A stretch of 63,471 nt of DNA, filler included, from Octopus bimaculoides (lineage: Eukaryota): NCBI RefSeq assembly GCF_001194135.2. It is 4 parts of 4 records of this genome, joined end to end, with 100 filler letters (N's around TTAATTAATTAA, not from the genome) between each part and the next. Parts side by side here need not be neighbours in the genome. Positions count along the whole stretch, not along the records: positions 60,970 to 63,471 come from NC_068996.1; 3 more parts are not named here. One strand, written 5' to 3'. A program made the position numbers and the translations under genes. The notes beneath the pieces are model-generated. The model was not told the origin of the DNA, made no database searches, and was given only the letters and a program-made list of their open reading frames with translations. This document shows positions 63,316-63,471 of this stretch, one piece after another (position 1 is the stretch's first letter; every line of letters starts with the position of its first letter).

Positions 63316-63366
63316 CTGAAGAGATGTTGGCGTGGGTTCCCACTCCGGCATCCGAAACTCGGAGTT
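63316..63366 (+). ncRNA. Hammerhead-like motif with long stem II; stem I absent
   Basis: CTGAAGA GATGTTGG-(C GTGG GTTC CCAC T)-CCGGCATC C GAAA; stem III ACTC-G-GAGT. Confidence 0.55.
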
Positions 63367-63471
63367 TTATCATGGCTACCGAATAAGTGTCACATATTTT
63401 TACAGATAAATTCCTCTATTTACACAATATCGAGGTCTCTTTCTTTCTTTTGTTGTCCTTTCTATCAATAT

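Noticed and set aside
373-63386. Most listed ORFs (poly-HT, CV, YI, ER, poly-X)
   Set aside because: Translations of microsatellites, purine tracts or N gaps

Overview
Eukaryotic, repeat-dense, gapped genomic DNA. The SINE families and microsatellite load point to an octopus (coleoid cephalopod); this is an inference from repeat content. Nearly all ORFs in the supplied track are microsatellite or N-gap artefacts. Three 100-bp spacers (N44-TTAATTAATTAA-N44) split the window into four segments whose true adjacency is uncertain. There are two credible host-type coding exons, both on the minus strand. One is an 86-bp exon of an SBF2/MTMR13 (myotubularin-related, uDENN) ortholog at 40679-40764, inside a strongly CpG-depleted domain. 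The other is an intact THAP zinc-finger exon with a GTAAGT donor at 60992-61258. The rest is decayed mobile DNA: RTE and R4/Dong-like LINEs, at least three Penelope-like elements (PLEs; one RT+GIY-YIG, two RT-C-terminus/GIY-YIG), a Gypsy remnant, mariner/Tc1, Chapaev3-like and hAT elements, a 415-bp foldback element and several tRNA-derived SINEs. The main unexpected signal is a set of about ten minimal type-I hammerhead-ribozyme-like motifs, several with intact catalytic cores and self-complementary stem III. Two hammerhead-bearing units are bracketed by 26-33 bp inverted repeats with the same geometry, which suggests an inverted target-site duplication mechanism.
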